Assembly (NCBI GenBank): GCA_040384365.1 | Contig: JAZKJK010000015.1 | Coordinates: 1,093 to 63,489, forward strand | DNA length: 62,397 nucleotides | From: Patescibacteria group bacterium | GTDB lineage: Bacteria; Patescibacteriota; Minisyncoccia; Phycocordibacterales; UBA9973 | Reading direction: 5' to 3' | Shown: piece by piece, positions 62,354-62,397 of the stretch | How positions within the stretch are numbered: position 1 is the stretch's first letter | Layout: every line of letters starts with the position of its first letter | The notes under the pieces: model-generated | Seen by the model: only the letters and a program-made list of their open reading frames with translations | The model's database searches: none | Told to the model about the DNA's origin: nothing | Made by a program: the position numbers and the translations under genes

Positions 62354-62397
62354 AACAGGAAATTTAAGGGCGTACGGTGGATGCCTTGACTTTAAGA
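62354..62397 (+). rRNA. rrl: 23S rRNA, 5' end (continues beyond the window)
   Basis: The sequence aagggcgtacggtggatgccttgac matches the universally conserved 5' segment of bacterial 23S rRNA (AAGGGCGCACGGUGGAUGCCUUGGC in Bacillus). The exact 5' end is uncertain by about 10 nt. Confidence 0.85.

Overview
The window is a 62.4-kb chromosomal segment from an AT-rich bacterium that uses the standard genetic code (TGA is a stop). The gene content suggests a reduced-genome, Patescibacteria/CPR-like organism, but this is an inference and was not checked against any database. The supporting observations are a 23S rRNA 5' end with no 16S gene upstream, rplJ-rplL separated from rplKA and rpoBC, very little biosynthesis, and cell-wall-anchored Ser/Thr-rich surface proteins.

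Layout:
- 1-30.5 kb: housekeeping genes (ileS, glyQS, metG, recO, recA, ftsK, efp, rpsF-ssb-rpsR, tatD-like, aroQ, M16 peptidase) mixed with small accessory genes.
- 31-53 kb: a surface-protein gene followed by an O-antigen-ligase-like membrane protein and about 20 sugar-nucleotide, glycosyltransferase, flippase and priming-transferase genes. Part of this block is visibly more AT-rich than its surroundings.
- 53-62 kb: metK, rplJ-rplL, a second paralogous surface protein, small regulators and the start of 23S rRNA.

Most notable observations:
1. A complete, apparently catalytically intact histidine-phosphatase (PGAM-type) domain is inserted in-frame inside isoleucyl-tRNA synthetase. That gene heads an operon that also carries HAD, HD and 2H phosphoesterase genes.
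2. A stand-alone RelA/SpoT-type synthetase and hydrolase sit as a convergent pair.
3. Two families of structured intergenic repeats are present. One is about 120 bp and its copies differ by compensatory stem changes. The other is a nested palindrome that brackets a DUF559 endonuclease cassette.
4. Two surface proteins share a peptidoglycan-binding domain plus a repeated C-x13-C motif. One of them lies next to the glycan island, which suggests surface-protein glycosylation.

No CRISPR array, tRNA gene, transposase or integrase was seen.
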